Origin: Escherichia coli
Lineage (GTDB): Bacteria; Pseudomonadota; Gammaproteobacteria; Enterobacterales; Enterobacteriaceae
Length of the DNA stretch: 64,000 nt
Direction: 5' to 3' (one strand)
NCBI RefSeq assembly: GCF_044324875.1
Contig: NZ_CP172185.1
The number at the start of each line of letters is the position of its first letter. Positions within the stretch are counted from its first letter, which is position 1. The notes under the pieces were generated by a model. It had not been told where the DNA came from. It made no database searches and saw only the letters and a list, made by a program, of their open reading frames with translations. Below are positions 60,004 through 64,000 of this stretch, piece by piece. A program made the translations under genes and the position numbers.

Positions 60004-60702
60004 TTACTCGCCCTGTTGGCGTTGCAGTCTTGCTAATACATCCTGGGCGCTACTTTTATTGCTACCGCCTATTCCGGCTTCCGCCAGCTTTTCATCAAGA
60101 TCGCGACCGTCTGCGACTTTTTCCAACTGTGCAGCAGCATCCAGGCGAGCCTGACGTTCGGCCTGACGCGTTTGCAGGCGTTTTAAGGATTCTGCCGCTG
60201 TCGAAACGCTGGAAGATGCGCCAACGGTAGAGGTCGTTACAGCCTGTTGTGCACGCTGCATGGCTTCAGTAGCTTTAACGACTTCCATTTGCTGCTCAAA
60301 CTGAGCGATACGCTGCGCTGTCGCTGTAACTGCTTTTTCCACGCCATCACGAGAGACTTCCAGATTCGACAACACTTGCTCTTCAGCGGTAATGAGATTC
60401 TCAAGGCGCGCGATTTCTTCAGCAACTTCGTTAATCAACGACGGATTAACGTTCTTGCTTAACGCTTCCAGCGCACGGGCTTCCAGACTGGCTTTGCGCT
60501 CACGTAAATCTTTCAGCTTATCGTGACTTAATTTCACCCGCGCCAGCAGATCAACGCGAGATTTTCCGGCTTTATCGAGTTCAGCTTTAGCGTCACGAAT
60601 ATGCTGTTCCAGCATGCGCACGCCCTGGGTTTCTTCAATGGATTCTTCCGCCTGAGAGATAAACGATTTCCCCAGCGTAAATAAACTTTTTAAAATTCCC
60701 AT
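60004..60702 (-). CDS. yjfJ: PspA/IM30 (ESCRT-III-like) family protein YjfJ
   Basis: 232-aa coiled-coil ORF MGILKSLFTLGKSFISQAEESIEETQGVRMLEQHIRDAKAELDKAGK... Confidence 0.92.
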   Translation of the reverse strand: MGILKSLFTLGKSFISQAEESIEETQGVRMLEQHIRDAKAELDKAGKSRVDLLARVKLSHDKLKDLRERKASLEARALEALSKNVNPSLINEVAEEIARLENLITAEEQVLSNLEVSRDGVEKAVTATAQRIAQFEQQMEVVKATEAMQRAQQAVTTSTVGASSSVSTAAESLKRLQTRQAERQARLDAAAQLEKVADGRDLDEKLAEAGIGGSNKSSAQDVLARLQRQQGE

Positions 60703-60720
60703 AAATACCCGTCCTTGTAA

Positions 60721-61122
60721 TTAGTGTGAATATTCTTCTGTAATTTCAGCCAGATCCAATGCGTTATCTACCAGCGAGGTTATCTCAAGCAGGATATCTT
60801 CAAGAGAAGATTTAAGCGATAACGCACCGAAAACAATGTAATACTCTTCATGTTGCACGCTGGAGATCCCTACCGATGACAACGGCATCATCTTCTGATT
60901 TCTTAATAAGAAGGTATTAAATTCATCTGGATTGCTGATACTACTTACCGGACAAATAAAGGTTTCGATAATCATTTGGCGGGAAGTAAATAGAATATTG
61001 ATTTGCAAATCGCCATAATCATTCATTTTAATAATTAATGCGTTCTCGCCATTTGTTACATCAATATTTTGTTCAGGTACAGTTTGCAGCGCCGTCGCCA
61101 GCGCCAACGGATTCCATGTCAT
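60721..61122 (-). CDS. yjfI: DUF2170 protein YjfI
   Basis: 133-aa ORF MTWNPLALATALQTVPEQNIDVTNGENALIIKMNDYGDLQINILFTS... Confidence 0.9.
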   Translation of the reverse strand: MTWNPLALATALQTVPEQNIDVTNGENALIIKMNDYGDLQINILFTSRQMIIETFICPVSSISNPDEFNTFLLRNQKMMPLSSVGISSVQHEEYYIVFGALSLKSSLEDILLEITSLVDNALDLAEITEEYSH

Positions 61123-61201
61123 ATATTATTCCATATAAATTAAGTTTAAATATTAATAAAATGAATATTTGCAGTACGTAATTATCTTACCAGCTATAGA
61201 C

Positions 61202-61228
61202 AAAAAAAAACCATCCAAATCTGGATGG
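61202..61228 (-). terminator. Rho-independent terminator downstream of rnr-rlmB
   Basis: Hairpin CCATCCA-AATC-TGGATGG with A9 on plus strand (T9 after hairpin on minus strand), 20 bp after rlmB stop. Confidence 0.75.
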
Positions 61229-61248
61229 CTTTTCAAAATTCAGAGGAA

Positions 61249-61980
61249 CTAGCTGCGCTGTCGCACCGCTTCAAATAAGCAAATCCCTGTCGCCACAGAA
61301 ACGTTCAGGGAAGAAACGCTTCCTGCCATTGGGATGCTGATCAACTCGTCGCAATGTTCACGAGTCAGGCGACGCATACCTTCACCTTCCGCGCCCATCA
61401 CCAGTGCCAGCCGTCCGGTCATTTTGCTCTGATAAAGTGTATGATCCGCCTCACCTGCCGTACCGACGATCCAGATATTCTCTTCCTGCAACATACGCAT
61501 GGTGCGCGCAAGGTTAGTCACCCGAATCAGCGGAACGCTTTCTGCCGCGCCGCAGGCTACTTTTTTCGCCGTGGCGTTGAGCTGTGCGGAGCGATCTTTC
61601 GGCACAATCACCGCATGAACACCTGCGGCGTCCGCGCTACGCAGGCACGCGCCGAGGTTGTGCGGATCGGTTACGCCGTCGAGGATCAGCAGGAACGGTT
61701 GATCGAGCGAAGCGATCAGATCCGGCAGATCGTTTTCCTGATACTGACGTCCTGGCTTCACACGGGCAATAATGCCCTGATGCACGGCACCGTCGCTTTT
61801 CTCGTCGAGATACTGACGGTTCGCCAACTGGATAACCACGCCCTGGGACTCAAGGGCGTGAATCAGCGGTAACAGACGTTTATCTTCACGGCCTTTTAAA
61901 ATAAAGACTTCCTGAAAACGTTCAGGGGCGCGCTCCAGCAGGGCCTGCACTGCGTGGATGCCGTAAATCATTTCGCTCAT
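61249..61980 (-). CDS. rlmB: 23S rRNA (guanosine2251-2'-O)-methyltransferase (SpoU/TrmH family)
   Basis: 243-aa [51 protein letters not shown]... Confidence 0.96.
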
Positions 61981-62070
61981 TAATGTACTCGTTGTTTACG
62001 TTTTGCCGGGAGCGCCACGCTTGCCCGGCCTACGGATAATTCACCCTCTTCTGTTTGAAGAGGGTTATGA

Positions 62071-64000
62071 TCACTCTGCCACTTTTTTCTTCGCCGCACG
62101 CTTCGCTTTGGTCGCTGCGGCTATTTTCTGCGTTTTAGCCGATAGCTTTTTCGCTTTTCTCGCGTCTTTCTTCGCCGCTTTCGGCTTCGTTTTTTTCTCA
62201 CCGCGGAAGGCGCTGTCTGGCTCAAAGTTTACCTTTTTACCGACCTGACGACGCTTGCCGCCTTTTTTACCTGCATCGCCTTTTTTCGCTTTCTCGCGCG
62301 CCGTTTTACCGACGTTGCGCGGTGCGCGTTCGCTGGAGATCAGGCTAAAGTCGATTTTGCGCTCGTCCATATTAACCGCTTCGACGCGAACTTCTACGCG
62401 ATCGCCCTGGCGATAAGTCTGGCCACTGGATTCACCCATCAGGCGTTGCCCTACCTGGTCAAAGCGATAGTAGTCATTGTCCAGCGAAGAGACATGGACC
62501 AGACCATCAATGAACAAGTCGTCCAGACGGACGAAGAAGCCAAAGCCAGTGACGCTGGAAATTACGCCTTTAAAGACGTTACCTACCTGGTCGAGCATGA
62601 AGTCACACTTCAGCCAGTCAGCTACATCGCGTGTTGCTTCGTCGGCACGACGTTCCGCCATCGAACAGTGCTGACCCAGTTGCAGCATCTCTTCCATCGA
62701 ATAATGGTAACCGCCGGTTTCAGTAGTGTTGCCCTGATGCCCCTGCTCTTTCGCCAGCAGATACTTAATGGCGCGGTGCAGCGTCAGGTCAGGATAACGA
62801 CGAATCGGCGAAGTAAAGTGCGCATAGGACTGCAATGCCAGGCCGAAGTGACCACGGTTTTCCGGATCGTAAATCGCCTGTTTCATCGAGCGCAGCAGCA
62901 TGGTTTGCAGCATTTCTGCATCAGGACGATCGGCAACCGACTCCAGCAGCTCCGCGTAGTCACGCGGTTCCGGCTTGTTACCGCCCGGCAATTCCAGCCC
63001 CAGCTCCGCCAGCACTGAACGGAAAGAGGTAATTGCTTCGGTGCTCGGCTTATCGTGAATACGGAACAGTGCCGGTTCTTTCGCTTTCTCAACGAAACGC
63101 GCCGCCGAGATATTCGCCAGAATCATACACTCTTCAATTAATTTGTGTGCGTCGTTACGCTGGGTCTGTTCGATACGTTCAATACGGCGTTCAGCGTTGA
63201 AAATGAACTTCGCTTCTTCGCTCTCAAATGAGATCCCACCGCGTTCTTCACGGGCTTTATCCAGCACTTTATAGAGGTTATGCAACTCTTCGAGATGCTT
63301 AACCAGCGGGGCGTACTGCTCGCGCAGATCCTGATCGCCCTGCAGAATATGCCAGACTTTGGTGTAGGTCAGACGTGCGTGAGAGCTCATTACCGCTTCA
63401 TAGAATTTGTAGCCAGTCAGGCGGCCTTTCGACGAAACCGTCATCTCGCACACCATACACAGGCGGTCTACCTGCGGGTTAAGCGAACATAGACCGTTAG
63501 AGAGCACTTCCGGCAGCATCGGGATAACCTGCGAAGGGAAGTACACCGACGTACCACGGTTACGCGCTTCTCTGTCCAGCGGCGTTGGAGGGCGCACATA
63601 GTAGCTGACGTCGGCAATCGCGACCCATAAACGCCAGCCGCCGCCGCGTTTTTTCTCGCAGTAAACCGCATCGTCAAAGTCACGGGCGTCTTCGCCATCA
63701 ATGGTGACCAGCGGTAAATCGCGCAGATCAACACGGCCCGCTTTTGCTTCTTCCGGCACTTCTTCTTTCAGCCCGGCAACCTGTTGCTCAACAGCCTGCG
63801 GCCAGATGTACGGAATTTCATGGGTACGCAGAGCAATATCAACCGCCATGCCGGTGCCCATATTGTCGCCCAGCACTTCGACGATTTTACCCACCGCTTT
63901 GGTACGGCGAGTCGGGCGTTGGGTCAGTTCAACAACCACCACAAAGCCCATCCGCGCGCCCATGATCTGATCGGGCGGGATTAAGATATCGAAGCTCAAA
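62071..64000 (-). CDS. rnr: Ribonuclease R, C-terminal ~640 codons (5' end outside window)
   Basis: Open frame to window edge; RNB catalytic region, S1 domain and Lys-rich basic C-terminal tail ([20 protein letters not shown]...[33 protein letters not shown]). Confidence 0.95.
   Translation of the reverse strand, partial: LSFDILIPPDQIMGARMGFVVVVELTQRPTRRTKAVGKIVEVLGDNMGTGMAVDIALRTHEIPYIWPQAVEQQVAGLKEEVPEEAKAGRVDLRDLPLVTIDGEDARDFDDAVYCEKKRGGGWRLWVAIADVSYYVRPPTPLDREARNRGTSVYFPSQVIPMLPEVLSNGLCSLNPQVDRLCMVCEMTVSSKGRLTGYKFYEAVMSSHARLTYTKVWHILQGDQDLREQYAPLVKHLEELHNLYKVLDKAREERGGISFESEEAKFIFNAERRIERIEQTQRNDAHKLIEECMILANISAARFVEKAKEPALFRIHDKPSTEAITSFRSVLAELGLELPGGNKPEPRDYAELLESVADRPDAEMLQTMLLRSMKQAIYDPENRGHFGLALQSYAHFTSPIRRYPDLTLHRAIKYLLAKEQGHQGNTTETGGYHYSMEEMLQLGQHCSMAERRADEATRDVADWLKCDFMLDQVGNVFKGVISSVTGFGFFVRLDDLFIDGLVHVSSLDNDYYRFDQVGQRLMGESSGQTYRQGDRVEVRVEAVNMDERKIDFSLISSERAPRNVGKTAREKAKKGDAGKKGGKRRQVGKKVNFEPDSAFRGEKKTKPKAAKKDARKAKKLSAKTQKIAAATKAKRAAKKKVAE

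Noticed and set aside
62446-63018. 190-aa plus-strand ORF inside rnr
   Set aside because: Antisense to rnr coding sequence; no RBS or homology.

Overview
This 64-kb window is an Escherichia coli-type chromosomal segment, colinear with the K-12 treR-to-rnr region but in reverse-complement orientation. I read about 60 protein-coding genes, almost all recognisable core genes: treR(partial)-treB-treC, nrdDG, cybC, pmbA, yjgA, mpl, fbp, the ytfQRT-yjfF sugar ABC transporter, ppa, chpSB toxin-antitoxin, ytfP-tamB-tamA, msrA, ytfL/K/J/I, cysQ, cpdB, ytfH, qorB, ytfF, ytfE, cycA, fklB, ytfB, yjfZ, rplI-rpsR-priB-rpsF, yjfY, the ula operon with ulaR, yjfP, bsmA, yjfN, aidB, yjfC-yjfM-yjfL-yjfK-yjfJ-yjfI, rlmB and rnr(partial). 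No rRNA, tRNA or CRISPR array is present. Several REP/BIME clusters sit in intergenic spacers. Four things differ from what I remember of K-12 (memory only, no database was searched): (1) a ~2.7-kb insert between ytfE and cycA with two tandem paralogous secreted proteins carrying DKNYY-like repeats, function unknown, which is my best candidate for an undescribed system; (2) an IS200/IS605-family element of about 1.76 kb between ytfB and yjfZ with divergent tnpA and an apparently intact tnpB (RNA-guided nuclease), which appears to split a ytfA-like ORF; (3) an in-frame ochre codon at msrA codon 77; (4) a full-length cybC. Refined start codons are my own reading; the ORF track often extends N-termini through alternative start codons.
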